A stretch of 64,000 nt of DNA from Octopus sinensis (GCF_006345805.1 NC_043003.1:49352001-49416000), one strand, 5' to 3'. Positions 1 through 13,228 are shown, counted from the stretch's first letter. Translations and numbers: made by a program. Notes: generated by a model not told the origin, from the letters alone.

Positions 1-416
1 CATTTTGAATGAAGGAGGGAAGAAAATAAATCAATAAATTTCAAAAAATTAAGATGGAATATTTGATGATACAATTAGTAGGTTAATTTAAAATTGTAGC
101 ACTTTAAGTCCTAAGCCAGAGTTTAAAAGACAAACTGTTTAATGTTGGTCATTAGATATAATAAGAATTAAGGGACAGAAAAGAATTTGAGGGCTGCCTG
201 TTGTCCATTCCATAGAAGTCATCAACAGAAATACGCTGAAAATAATTATTGAAAAACGGCGAAGTTTAGAATTACTCCTGCGTTGAGAAAAATAGTTCTT
301 TAACAGAATATTATAATCCAATGGTGGATTTTTGTATCTTTGTTAGAAACCAGCTCCTTCTTCAGAGGAAGAACTTAATTAAAATCAGAAGAGAACACAC
401 ACATACACCCACATCT

Positions 417-473
<57 letters not shown>

Positions 474-1601
474 ATCTATCTACTTATATCTATATATATA
501 TTATTGAAAAACAGTGAAGTTTAAAACTAGTGAGACGCGAAAAAATCTTGTATAAAAAATGTGCATTGAGTAAAAATAGAGAAGGAAACAACGAAATGAT
601 TAGTCCAGGTATTCAGTAACATAGATTGAAAGTATCAGAGAGTGAGTATTCTGGCGTTATCTAAATGGGATTAAGCAGGCACAAAACAGAGGGAAATATT
701 TCAGAGGGTGACATATCACTTTGGGCTTCTGAAACAAAATACTCTAGTGAAAGAATAGAGTGTGGATATTGCATTGAGAAGAGCCGAACGCAAACAGGTC
801 TAGATAACAAAAACGACAGTAGGTTGAGTATAGAGCCATTAACGTTCACAAAATAAGCTTAAATGTTTCCATAAACAATTTAGCCACAAAAGAATAATAA
901 ATAAATAGTTAAGAATTCCGAATCAGTCAACTAATAAACAAATCTTTTATAATATTTTATAACAAATTTTATAACATTTTACAATGAATCTCTGTATAGA
1001 AGTGATTTCAATTAAAAAGATTAAACACTTAGAAGAACCAAACAGATCAGGTAACCATAGAATTAAAAACAGATATCGGAAAATAAATATTGGTTTAATT
1101 CTGTTTAAAGTAACAGTTGTCACATTCATAGCAAAGTTTTTCTTTAAACTACTAAAAAAAAAGAAAAAAATTCGCAGGACAGTATAATTATTACCAAACT
1201 CACACTACCTTCAAACGCTGTAAACTAACACCGACCTAATTATTGTAATTAACTCTTGACCCATAACTTACTGTTGTTGTGCGAAAATTATTGCTTACCA
1301 ATGTTCAGAACGCATCAATCATTCTACCGACTTATGCATTAGACTTTTAATCTATTCAACTTTTCAGTTAACATACCTATACATTCCAAAAGCCACTCAT
1401 TTCGATGTCCAGCTACATCTGCAAGACGAAGAGTGAAGAAAGATTACTACATGATATTGAAAAACGTTATCTAAGACGAGTTCATACTCTGGTAGAAATG
1501 GATGCTGCAACCTCTGCACTGCCGAAAGCATACAAATACTTTTTCACCAACTATCGCTCCCCTCAACAAGCATTCAGAGGATATTTCGTATGGTATAGGG
1601 T

Positions 1602-1770
1602 AAAGACACCCTTCGGTCATGAATGATCATGGAATTGCACCTAGAAAGTCCCACCACCACAAGGCACAAGTGCGGGCAAGGTTGTTTCCATAAACAGAAG
1701 TCACCCATGTATACCAGCCTCTCCCTCTCCACGCCACCGATGTTGTTCAAGGGAAAGGCAAAGGCCGATA
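1602..1770 (-). mobile_element. SINE 3' fragment (family with CCCATGGTCATTCATGACCGAAGGG tail)
   Basis: Reverse complement matches the tail of the copy at 12614-12850; boundaries approximate. Confidence 0.7.
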
Positions 1771-1812
1771 CGTGTGCCTTCATTAAAAATTTTAAGCATT
1801 ACCAACCTTTAA

Positions 1813-2213
1813 GGTGAGCTGGCAGAAACGTTAGCACGCCGGGCGAAATGCCTAGCGGTATTTCGTCTGCCGTTACGTTGTGAGTTCAAATTCCGCCGAG
1901 GTCGACTTTGCCTTTCATCCTTTCGGGGTCGATAAATTAAGTACCAGTTACGCACTGGGGTCGATGTAATTGACTAAATCCGTTTGTCTGTCCTTGTTTG
2001 TCCCCTCTATGTTTAACCCCTTGTGGGTAATAAAGAAATAGGTATTTCGTCTGCCGTTACGTTCTGAGTTCAAATTCCGCCGAGGTCGACTTTGCCTTTC
2101 ATCCTTCCGGGGTCGATTAAGTAAGTACCAGTTAATCATTGGGGTCGATGTAACCGACTTAATACCCTTGTTTGTCCCCTCTATTTTTAACCCCTGTGGG
2201 CAATAAAGAAATA
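1813..2213 (+). mobile_element. tRNA-derived SINE, family M, head-to-tail dimer
   Basis: A-box-like GGTGAGCTGGCAGAAACGTTAG, B-box-like GAGTTCAAATTCC, central GAGGTCGACTTTGCCTTTCATCCTTTCGGGGTCGATAAA and tail TTGTGGGTAATAAAGAAATA. A second unit starts at 2041 (GGTATTTCGTC). Many near-identical copies occur in the window. Confidence 0.9.
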
Positions 2214-2789
2214 ATTTACTCCCACATAGAGTATATATTTGTAATCACCCTACGCAGATTGGCTCCGATAACCTACACTGTTTTTGGTATAATAATATAC
2301 ATTTCATTACAGCCTTACGTTGAATCAAAGTTTGCTTTTTACTGAACAGGTAATCCCTTCCGCCTCAGTCTTTTATCATCTTACCATTTACTTTCTGTAA
2401 ATCCGCTTCTAGACTGACTGTCTCATGCACTTACAAACAACTTGAAACTATTATTCTTTACTGATTTTCCTAAATTTTCAGGTGTCCGTTTTTTATTACT
2501 CATTTTGCAACCCGCCTCCATTTTGTAACTCGTTATGCCTATACTAACCTTTTAGTTATTCTTATAAGGTATTATATCCTTATAACTCTAGCACTTTATA
2601 CATTACCTTGCTAGGCTTCTGCACTGAATATCTTAAAACCATGCATATAATCCGTAACTATTAGACATCACGAAACCTTTTACCTCACACAACTATGTAC
2701 CGTTCTTAATAAACTACATGTAATCTTGGTTTATCCATATTACTCCCTTTAAGGAGCATAGAACCGGTGTCCAAAAATTTTCTTACGTA

Positions 2790-2975
2790 TATATTCTTCC
2801 CTGGATAGGACGCTGGTCCATCGCAGGATTACTCTTTCTTACCAGCCGAGTGGACTGGAGTAACGTGAAATAAAGAGTTTTGCTTGAGAACGCAACACAT
2901 CGCCCAGTTGAGGATCGAAACCACAATCTAACAACCAAGAGTCTAACACCCTAACCACTGAGCTATGCACCGCCA
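2790..2975 (-). mobile_element. tRNA-derived SINE, diverged 5' part
   Basis: Reverse complement gives GGCGGTGCATAGCTCAGTGGTTAGGGTG...GTGGTTTCGATCCTC (A/B boxes) followed by a body shared with 15172-15485. Confidence 0.65.
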
Positions 2976-3539
2976 CCATCGGTAATCTTAATCTAATTTA
3001 CTCTAAATATCCTCTTATTTTAGCATTTCTTCTTTTAATCTACACCTTACTTTCAAAACTACATACAATTATAGACAAATTTGTTTTCATATATATTTAC
3101 TGGTTCTCTTTTCATTTTCATTTACCTTGCTCGTGTTATCTATTGTCAAGATATTTACTAGCCTTTCTTTATTCCTGTTTTTAGCAATTCTACTAACTTT
3201 TGCATTTCTCTACGTTTCCTTTATATTTTCCTTGATTTTTCAACCCACCGCCAGTCTATAAATACACTTCTTTGAACAGCCATCTTTACACATTTTCTGT
3301 CTTGTATTCTAAATTCTTTCCCTGATTGACTAGCGATCTTTGTCATGTCTATATTTGAATCAGGGAGGGGCGTCATTATCTCAGCTCCAACATTCATACC
3401 ATTGTATAGGCACTTCTAAGGTTACACCGTATCCATATATCTGTTCTTATAACATAGAAAAAGCGATTTGTGTATGTCAACATGTGTTTAAATAGGTTAA
3501 CTTAGGGTTTCTTGTGCATGTGTTTTATAACATTTATAC

Positions 3540-3600
3540 ATGTATGTATGTATGTATGTATGTATGTATGAATGTATATATATATATATATTATATATAT

Positions 3601-3632
<32 letters not shown>

Positions 3633-3641
3633 CATACATAT

Positions 3642-3683
<42 letters not shown>

Positions 3684-3714
3684 ACATATATATATTATAT
3701 ATATATATATATAT

Positions 3715-3746
<32 letters not shown>

Positions 3747-3768
3747 TATATATATAATATATATATAT

Positions 3769-3814
<46 letters not shown>

Positions 3815-3835
3815 GTATATATATATATATATATC
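3540..3835. repeat. (TATG)n/(TA)n microsatellite
   Basis: Directly visible. Confidence 0.95.
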
Positions 3836-3882
3836 TTTGATGTACTACTTATGTATGCATACGTGCATCTAAATATGTTTAT

Positions 3883-3916
<34 letters not shown>

Positions 3917-4539
3917 TCACATGTTTATGCATGTGACTTAAAGCATTTATATATGTATGCATATTTATATGTGCATGCATACATACACACACACACACAC
4001 GTATATATACATATGATTAGGTGTATGTGAGTGTGTATATGCGTGCATGCGAGCCTGTGTGCTTGCAAATGGTTGCTTCCATGTTCCATGTTCCTTGTGT
4101 GTAGGCGCCTGTTTATCAGAGAAGCAATCTATGCGTACCTGTCGACCCGTGTATGTAAATGTATGTCGGTTTGTAAAATCCATTGGATGTGCGTGTCATC
4201 TGGGTGCGGGTGTGTATAACATGCATCCATCCATCAATTCACACACACACACATACACACATATACACACACATTCTCTCTCTCACACACACGCGCACAA
4301 GCAACACGCATGCACACATATGCACACACACACACATATATATATATGCGTATAATTGAGCATATTTATATGCACATATGGATACACACATGCACACATA
4401 CACATATCCATTCATCCATCCATCCATCATTCCATTCTTACGCATGTACATGTGTGTGTGTATACATGTGTGTGTGTACCTGTGATTGTGTTCACATGAG
4501 AGTGAACTTATTTGTGCTATGATGCCTGTTTGTATATGT

Positions 4540-4740
4540 GTGTTTATGTATGTATGTATGTATGTATGTATGTATGTATGTATGTATGTATGTATGTATG
4601 TATGTATATATGTACGTATGTACGTATGTATGTATGTATGTATGTACGTATGTATGTATGTATGTATGTATGTATGTATGTATGTATATATGTATGTACG
4701 TATGTATGTATGTATGTAAATATGTATGTATGTATGTACG
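4540..4740. repeat. (TATG)n microsatellite
   Basis: Directly visible. Confidence 0.95.
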
Positions 4741-5090
4741 TAGGACGTGTGTGTGTGCGTGTGTTTGTATTACCGCATGTATATATATATATCTGTGTGT
4801 TCGTGTTATCACTTCCATTTTGATCGATTTGTTAACGTTACAGGTTCTACAGATAGCCGTATGTTTACACCTTCATTCAACTTTATCTCGGCTTACAATG
4901 TTAGATATCTAGAACTGTTTATGTCCAGCTTTTCCCTCTGCATCATGCAAAATGTTTTTCTTTCGCTAAAATATTTTACCCAAAAATTCGCAACAGGTTC
5001 TCTACTTCCTAACCATGTTTTTCTTATTCAAGTTAGATAACGTCAGAATTCTCTTCCTTTGACACTTGTAGTCAAAAAAGAATTTATTAG

Positions 5091-5430
5091 TTGTTCCCTA
5101 AAGCATTCCTTTCGTTGTACGAGGGCAAGGAAGAAGAACTGGGATTCAAACTTCATAGGCAAAGAAGTAGACGGCATCAAGCAATAACAGTTACTGACCT
5201 AGGCTATGCTGATGACCTGGCATTACTAACAGAGAGGACAGATCAAGCACGGGGGGTGCTGAGTAGATTAGAGCAGAAATCGGGGAAGGTAAAACAACTG
5301 CAAGCATTCAACCACGAAATGTCTGTATCAGTGAAAGTGAGAGACAGTAAATCGCCGAAGCTAGTTGAAAATTTCAAATACCTTGGTTCGTGGACACAAG
5401 GTACTGAAAAAGTCATTGTAACAAGAGCGC
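5091..5430 (+). pseudogene. Non-LTR retrotransposon reverse transcriptase fragment (RTE-like)
   Basis: Translation ITVTDLGYADDLALL...KLVENFKYLGSW contains the YADD catalytic motif and the downstream FKYLGS motif. Isolated ~110-codon fragment. Confidence 0.85.
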
Positions 5431-5749
5431 ATAACATAAACTGAGAAACGTATGGAATTCAAAGTTAGGAAGGAAATTGAAAGTGAGGTTGTTGTTGATG
5501 ATATTTTTCTTCTTCTCTGCCAAGAATTTACAACGACCTCGAACCAACAAGAGTAAAAAAACAAAGAGAGAGACAGAGACATGCAGAAACAAGGAAAATG
5601 CCTCTTGTATTTGAATATTATGCAAATATTCTTTAAAAAAAACTTTTCATTTAATTTTTCCACAATTTAATTGTTTTCCATATTTAGAGTTGAAAAATGC
5701 CTATATATATATATATATAGGCATTTTCATAGTATTCTTCCGATGGTCG

Positions 5750-5810
5750 GATAACTGAAGAGATGGCGGCGTGGTTTTCCACCTTGGCATCTGAAACTCT
5801 GAGTTTTATC
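5750..5810 (+). ncRNA. Type I hammerhead ribozyme (GUU cleavage triplet)
   Basis: Stem I GATAA 5750-5754 / TTATC 5806-5810; CTGAAGA 5755-5761; long stem II (GATG/CATC ... GTGG-tttt-CCAC) with one extra T at 5792; GAAA 5793-5796; near-palindromic stem III ACTC-T-GAGT; H17=T5805. Lies in a 128-bp element (5720-5847) flanked on both sides by (TA)n. Confidence 0.75.
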
Positions 5811-5845
5811 ATGGCTACCGAATATTTGTCACATATTACATTTAC

Positions 5846-5890
<45 letters not shown>

Positions 5891-5989
5891 ATATATATAT
5901 TATAAACATACATACATACATACATGCATATTATTTCAAACACACACACATACACATACACAACACACTCACAAACACATACAAGCACG

Positions 5990-6130
5990 CACACACGGTT
6001 TTCCCAGTTTCAGTCTACATGATTGACTAACAACCCATTGGCCAACCCGGAGCTATAGTGGAAAGGCATTTACTTCAGAAATTGAACCCGAAATCACATG
6101 GTTGTAAACCGACTTTTTTCAGCCATACCT
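5990..6130 (-). mobile_element. CORE-type SINE head fragment
   Basis: Diverged match to the head of 36100-36455 and 47490-47815. Confidence 0.6.
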
Positions 6131-6406
6131 AATAATTTTTTTCAACTCCCTACATATATATTTCACGCCAATTTTTTTATATCATATGATCTAAGTTTTA
6201 TTTGAATTTTATTTCTTTTCATTCCCAATCTTTAATAGATTTTCGATTACAATTGCTTCTCCGATCCTTTAAACATATTCCATCTATAATTTTACCACAC
6301 GTTTTTATAGAAACATTCTATAGGGTGCTTCAATACCATATGAAGGATTCATCGAATTATCTCGTGTTCCTTAACTTCAATATGCACATTAAACGGTTGG
6401 CCTTTT

Positions 6407-6450
6407 CTTAAGTGATCAAAATTATCGAAACAGATTTATATATCTGTAAG
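6407..6450 (+). ncRNA. Decayed hammerhead-like motif
   Basis: Stem II GAT/ATC, GAAA 6427-6430, 6-bp stem III ACAGAT/ATCTGT and GUA triplet. Core reads CTTAAGT (2 mismatches to CTGANGA) and stem I is weak. Confidence 0.3.
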
Positions 6451-6539
6451 CATGATGTATCAATAAATTAAAATATTAAACTCTATTTCGTGGAGTATTG
6501 GATATCTTATTTAGTTTGTGAATACATTTGCTCCAATAT

Positions 6540-6968
6540 GCATGCATACATAGATACATAGATACATACGTAAATAGACATACACACATATACATACATA
6601 CATACATATATACATACATACATATATAGATATATCTATATTCTTATATATATATATATATATATACAATGTATATGTATATGTATATCTATATCTATGT
6701 ACATACACACACAAACACATATATGTATGTATATACCAGTGTATATCTATATCTATATGAATATATATACATACATATATATGCGTGTGTATATATATAC
6801 ATGTACATATATATGTATATATGTATATATGTCATATATATGTCTGTATATATATATATATACATATATCATATGTATGTCTATATATATATATATGTAT
6901 ATATATATTTGTATGCGTATGCATGTATGAATTCTTGTATGTGTGTGTGTGAGTGTATGTGTGTATGT

Positions 6969-7041
<73 letters not shown>

Positions 7042-7050
7042 CGTGTGTGT
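6540..7050. repeat. Compound (TA)n/(TATG)n/(TG)n microsatellite
   Basis: Directly visible. Confidence 0.9.
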
Positions 7051-8020
7051 GTTCGTGTGTAAATATATGCAAGCATCTTGAAGCCAAAAACTGCAGTAAA
7101 GACTACAAGTAAAAAAATAAAAATCAGCAAAACGAGGTACTGAAAGCCAAGTATCCAATATATATATATTAATATAATATATTTATTGAGCTGAAAGTTC
7201 AAATTTTGTAATTCTGAGCTTCACGTCCGCAGTTGTCAAACAAAATCTGAGCAATGTAGCGAGTGGGACTTTAAAGGAATATTGCTAACACAAGAACAAA
7301 ATATACACAAAAAAAAGAAGCATTTTATTGGTTTCATGTGTAAAGATACATTCCAATTGATAACATATGTATTTCTTTATGCATATACAAAAAAAAAAAA
7401 TAAAATAAAGAGAATAAAAAATAAAAACACACAAAAAAGAATATTTGTTCGGGGAAAATATATATAAATATATATAATTATAAAATAACGAGGCATTTCA
7501 GTCATACAAAATGAATGCATATTCGGCCATTGACAAGAACGCCATTCCCACTGAAATACTACAATGTCAAAGGAAGAAGAAAAGAAAGCAGGGAAGAAAA
7601 AAAAAAGCGCAGAGAATGCCTCAGTATGTGTGAGTGTGTGCGTGCGTGCGTGCATACGTGTATGTATGTATGTATGTATGTATGTATGTATGTATGTATG
7701 TATGTATGTATGTATGTATGTAGAAATCCATTTATTTATTATTCCGCTTTCAAAATTTATTTCTATCGTAATTGTGGACTAACACGATTAACAGATACCA
7801 GATCGGAAACCTCCCCATCTGTTATTGTCTCTGTCTCTGTCTGTGCTTCTCACTCTCTCTCTCTATTTCTTTCTCTGTATATATATATATATATATACAC
7901 ACATACATACATACATACACACATACACACATACACATAACATTTTCTATCTGTATGTCTGCTTTTCTCTCTATATATACATATACAAGATATATTATAG
8001 TGGTAGGTATATATATATAC

Positions 8021-8069
<49 letters not shown>

Positions 8070-8751
8070 ATATATATATTATATATATACTATATATATA
8101 GAGTGGGATAGGCCGATATGTATATATGCAAAACGGGGAGACAGAGGACGGAGAGAGAAACGAGAAAGAGAAAAAAGAGAGAGAGAGAAAGCCATCTACG
8201 TATCAGACATAATGTATACCAGAGTGTTGATAAGCCAGTTACTTCGGAATTTCTCCAGATATAATCCTGCAATAGCATCTCTTACGGAAGTGCTGGGTGA
8301 AAAGCAATAAATATCAGATGGAGACGAAATTTCTTCCTGGCAACTGCCAGTCCAAGCGCCAAATGCATTTCAACATTTTGGGCCTTTTCCTCAGTTTAGG
8401 TCTTTTGGGCTTTTTCCTAAGTTTTATTCAGATTTCCAGATGCGACGAATTCTGCTATAAACGCCGTTGAAAATGCGCAAAAGAGGCGAAATACATGTAG
8501 ATTTATCGCCGGCCATTGCCGGGACGAATTTTCGTTTCCCTCTTACACCTATTGTGTCTTTCTCAAAGTACTTCCATAAGAGATGTTATCTGAGAAGAAA
8601 TACTGCATGTATATGTACTTCAATATATAAATGCATACTGTATATATATATTTGTATGCATGCACATGCAAATATATATACATACCTAATCCTACATATG
8701 TATGTGTGTGAATTCCTATATATAAATATTATATAGACATACATATATATA

Positions 8752-9050
8752 TCACGTGACCGATCAGGCTCTCAGATGTTGCTACACATCGCTGGTCACA
8801 ATGCGCTTCGCATTGTTTTAGCCTTCAAATGACGCCACCCCGCTGGCTAAGCGAGTAGGCCAACAGAAGAAAGAATGAGAGAAAGTTGTGGCGAAAGAGT
8901 ACAGCAGGGACCGCCACCACTCCTGCCGGAGCCTCGTGGAGCTTTAGGTGTTTTCGCTCAATAAACACTCACAAAGCTCGGTGTGGGAATCGAAACCGCG
9001 ATCCTACGACCCCGAGTCCGCTACCCTAACCACTGGGCCATTGCGCCTCC
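8752..9050 (-). mobile_element. tRNA-derived SINE, family R
   Basis: Reverse complement head GGAGGCGCAATGGCCCAGTGGTTAGGGTAGCGG...GGTTTCGATTCCC. Body shared with 21141, 22678 and 27485. Confidence 0.85.
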
Positions 9051-9057
9051 TCACATA

Positions 9058-9107
<50 letters not shown>

Positions 9108-9122
9108 CACATATATATATAC

Positions 9123-9154
<32 letters not shown>

Positions 9155-9390
9155 TATATGCAGTAAAAAAAAATACTGGTGTTTTTACGTCCCAGTAACA
9201 TAGCAGTTCGGCAAAAGATGGAATAAGTACTAAGCTTACAAAGAATAAGTCCTGGGGGCCGATTTGTTCGACTAAAAGAGAGAGATAGAGATAGAGAGAG
9301 ATGAGAGGAGACGAAGGAGAGTGAACAAGAGAGGTGGTGTGAAGAGTATGATGAGGTGATTGAATTAGAAAGTGGACGTGGATGAATGAA

Positions 9391-10209
9391 TAAAATATTC
9401 TTTTCTACTCTAGGCACAAGGCCCGAGATTTTTTTTTTTTTTGATGGGGTGGTGTCCAGTCGATTACATCGACCCCACTACGCAACTAGTACTTAATTTA
9501 TCTACCCCAAAAGGATGAAAGGCAAAGTCGACCTCGCTGAATTTGAATTCAGAACGTAATGGCAGACGAAATACCGCTCAGCATTTCGCCCGGCATGCTA
9601 ACGTTTCTGCTAGCTCGCCAATAAAATATTGTTTTCTACTCTAGGCTAAGACCCAAAATTTTGGGGGAGGGGTCCAGCCGATTAGATCGACCCAGTACGC
9701 AACTAGTACTTAATTTATCGACCCCAAAAGGATGAAAGTCGACCTTGGCGTAATTTGAACTCAGAATGTAAAGACAAACGAAATAGCGCTAAGTATTTCG
9801 CCTGGCTTGCTAACGTTTCTGCCAGCTCGCCAATAAAATATTTATTCCTTTATTCCCCACTGGGGTCTAAACATAGAGGGGACAAACAAGGACAGACAAA
9901 TGGATTAAGTCGATTGCATCGACCTCAGTGCGTAACTGGTACTTATTCAATCGACCCCCAAAATGACAGGCAAAGTCGACCATGGCGGAATTTGTACTCA
10001 GAACGTAACGGCAGACGAAATACCTATTTCTTTACTACCACACAAGGGGCTGAACTCAGAGAGGACAAACAAGGACAGACGAACGGGTTAAGTCGAATAT
10101 ATCGACCCCAGTGCGTAACTAGTACTTTATTTATCGACCCCAGTGCGTAACTAGTACTTTATTTATCGACCCCGAAAGGATGAAGGCAAAGTCGACCTCG
10201 ACGGAATTT
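9391..10209 (-). mobile_element. Tandem chain of family M SINE units
   Basis: Several consecutive copies of the GGATGAAAGGCAAAGTCGACCTCG block. Includes a 32-bp exact tandem duplication (10101-10164) and runs into the N gap. Confidence 0.85.
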
Positions 10210-10309
10210 NNNNNNNNNNNNNNNNNNNNNNNNNNNNNNNNNNNNNNNNNNNNNNNNNNNNNNNNNNNNNNNNNNNNNNNNNNNNNNNNNNNNNNNNNNN
10301 NNNNNNNNN
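10210..10309. other. Assembly gap (100 N)
   Basis: Run of N. Confidence 1.
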
Positions 10310-10339
10310 CCTATTATTTATTGTGCCGATATTTGAAAG

Positions 10340-10860
10340 GCAATGCGGCAAGCTGGCAGAATCGTTAGAGAGTCGGAGATTATGTTCAACAACATTTTTT
10401 TCGGCTCTTCTCGTTCTGAGTTCAAATGCCATCCATGTCAGCTTTGTCCTTTATCCTTTCTTCTTTTAACAAAAGAGTACCATTCGAGCACTAAGGTCAA
10501 CGCACTCGACTCATTCCTCCGTTTAATTTATTGTGCCGATATCAGAAATGCATTGAGCTGGCAAATCGTTAACATGTCGGACAAAATACTTAGCGGTAGT
10601 TTTTTTCGATTTCACGGCGGAATTCAAATTCCGCTGGGATCAGATTTGCCCCTTCTCCTTTCGGAGGTGATTAAATGAGTGCCAGTCGTGCTCTGAGGTC
10701 AGTGCAATCGAATGAACCCCTACCACCCAACTTAATTTCAGGCCTTGTGCTGATATTAGAAAAGTAAGGCGATGAGCTGGCAGAATCGTTAGCAAAGCCG
10801 AACAAATTGCTTAGCAGGGTTTTTTTCCCACTTCACGTTCAGATTCCGATGAGGTTAATC
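10340..10860 (+). mobile_element. Diverged family M SINE copies
   Basis: Three GAGCTGGCAGAATCGTTAG-type heads with GAGTTCAAAT/GAATTCAAATTCC B boxes. Confidence 0.65.
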
Positions 10861-10879
10861 TTGTCTTTAAACTTTTCGG

Positions 10880-10917
10880 GATTTTCGACGAAGAGCTACG
10901 CTCGAAACGTCAAAATC
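10880..10917 (+). ncRNA. Minimal type I hammerhead, core mutated
   Basis: GATTTT / C-GACGA / A / GAGC-tac-GCTC / GAAA / palindromic ACGT / C17 (GUC) / AAAATC. 6-bp stem I and 4-bp stem II, but U4 of CUGANGA is missing. Confidence 0.6.
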
Positions 10918-11600
10918 TATCTCGAACGAATAAATTCCATTTGTACGTCCCCTTGTTAGTTATTGTTGTTTTTAATGTTCGTTTATTCGATTTGGTGAAA
11001 TAAGTACCAGTTGATGTAAACAAATGACCCCAAAATTGCTGGCCTTGTGTCTATAGAAGAAACAATTATTTCACGTTGTTGCAATCTATTCGTTCTACAC
11101 AAACATACACGTATAGCTTTAAAGTATCCCCCGCAAGAAAATTTTACAGTTTGGGCAACACTCATTCATATTTGTATATACAGCGGCTTTCCACACAGTT
11201 TCCTCACAATATATTGATGGGCTCGGAGATATAGTAAAAGATACTTGTCCATGGTGCCGCGTAGTGGAATTGAACCTAAACCACATGGATCCAAAGCAAG
11301 CTTCTTAACGACGCAACCATAACATTCAATCATATATACATACACACACGCGCGCGTACGAGCGCAGAGGAGACAAATATATTTAGTTTTGGTTTACAGG
11401 GAAGACATTTTTTCTCCGGTCCACCCACACTAATAAATTATTGTAAATATATTTCTGTATTTATTCTATATTAGTTTATCACAACAAACAATGTTATTAT
11501 CTCCGATTGTTTAGAGAGCAGTAATATAAAATAAGATTCCTTATATTTGGAGCCAATAGATTTTTCATCATTATTATTATTATCATTATTATTATTATTA

Positions 11601-11645
<45 letters not shown>

Positions 11646-11944
11646 CATCATTATTATTATTATAATTATTTATATTTTGTGGCTTAACACACTATACCCA
11701 CCCACCCATCTCTCTCTCTCTCTCTCTCTCTTGAAGTGGGCGCACACATTTCATTCGTTCATTTTGACAGTAACCTAGAAAATTCTCAAATTCTAAAAGA
11801 AAGAGAGAAAAGAAAATGGCGTTGACCAATTTAACAAACCAAACAGTTGTACTTTCAAAATCGATTTGTCTGTGTTGTTAATACGTACCTGATGAATATT
11901 CATTCACAATTTATCGAGTTCCAAGTTGAATGTCAATATTTGTT

Positions 11945-11975
11945 CATTTATTATTATTATCATTTATTATTATTA

Positions 11976-12035
<60 letters not shown>

Positions 12036-12052
12036 CATCATCATTATTATTA
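11945..12052. repeat. (TAT)n microsatellite
   Basis: Directly visible; a similar tract lies at 11565-11670. Confidence 0.95.
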
Positions 12053-12469
12053 TGCCGGAATTACGACTTTTAAAATCAGTCGATTTTTAAATTCCAGTTG
12101 GCTAGGGAACATTTTCTCTTTCAGTTCTTCTAGTTTCCACTGGTTTCTCACTCTTGATGCGGCTACGCTAGGGTCTTGCCTTCGTGAGTTTTCGTTAATT
12201 ATATCGACCCTGTCTTGCAGTACTTTGCTTGCTACCTTACTTAAATCGATTTCTATTTACCGATGTAGTTTGTTAGATTAAATATGTCTACATTTCGGTA
12301 ATTTACTCATTTAATCACATCATCACAGTTATACACATGTTTTACAGTATACATACGCTACTCATTAAATTACCCAGTTTCTCATATCACACACAAGTTG
12401 AATATACACTCCCAAGCAGCTTCTGCTTCAGCGAACACATACATACATACATACATACATACATACGTG

Positions 12470-12517
<48 letters not shown>

Positions 12518-12613
12518 CTACATATATATATATAGTTATGGTATATTCTGTTGAGAACGTAGTACAATGTAAAGCTCGTGCGCCTTCAGATTTCACCCTC
12601 GGCTATCCAGTAG

Positions 12614-12850
12614 GCACTTTATTTCACGTTGCTCCAGTTCACTCACCTGTAGAAATGAGTTGCGACGTCACTGGTGCCAAGCTGTATCGACCTTTGTCTT
12701 TCCCTTGGATAACACTGGTGGCGTGGAGAGGGGAGGCTGGTATGCATGGGCGACTGCTGGCCTTCCATAAACAACCTTGCCCGGACTTGTGTCTAGGAGG
12801 GTAACTTTCTAGGTGCAATCCCATGGTCATTCATGACCGAAGGGGGTCTT
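12614..12850 (+). mobile_element. 5'-truncated SINE flanked by a 70-bp exact direct repeat
   Basis: Body and tail match 15172-15485 and the reverse complements of 1602-1770 and 17490-17810. Identical 70-mers lie at 12544-12613 and 12851-12920. Confidence 0.85.
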
Positions 12851-12975
12851 TATTCTGTTGAGAACGTAGTACAATGTAAAGCTCGTGCGCCTTCAGATTT
12901 CACCCTCGGCTATCCAGTAGTAATATAATACATTCTTCGTGGTTTGCGTTTGGGCTTGTGTCGCGTGGAGAAGTT

Positions 12976-13010
12976 CTGGAGAACTACGTTGCGTAGAAAC
13001 AATTGTAGAG
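12976..13010 (+). ncRNA. Decayed hammerhead-like motif
   Basis: CTGGAGA (A6>G), stem II TACG-ttg-CGTA, GAAA 12996-12999, palindromic ACAATTGT and GUA triplet. (TA)n starts about 45 nt downstream. Confidence 0.45.
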
Positions 13011-13228
13011 ATTGAAAATAAATGTCCAATCGTACACTTTCTAGTTGTCTTAATATATATATATATATATATTCACAACACACAAGTGCAAACAAGGAAT
13101 TCACAACACACAAGTGCAAACAAGGGAGACAGAGAAAGGCAGAATGCCACTTATATTTGAAAACTATACAAATATTCCTTAAAAAAACTTTTCTTTTAAT
13201 TTTTCTAAATTTAATTATTTAATCGTTA

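Noticed and set aside
5205-5215. CTGATGA core-like heptamer
   Set aside because: It is the coding sequence of the RT YADD motif; no stem II/GAAA follows.
8360-8400. Minus-strand CTGAGGA...GAAATGCATT with an ATGCAT palindrome
   Set aside because: Stem II is 2 bp and stem I is 1 bp, consistent with chance.
8975-9050. tRNA-like sequences (also 15172, 21141, 22678, 27485)
   Set aside because: Heads of multi-copy SINEs, with imperfect cloverleaves continuing into SINE bodies; not tRNA genes.
10101-10164. Exact 32-bp tandem duplication inside a SINE
   Set aside because: It lies 45 bp from an assembly gap in a collapsed SINE chain, so it may be an artefact.
12544-12920. CRISPR-like repeat-spacer-repeat or LTR pair
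   Set aside because: Only two repeats flanking a recognisable SINE in eukaryotic DNA; a target-site duplication explains it better.
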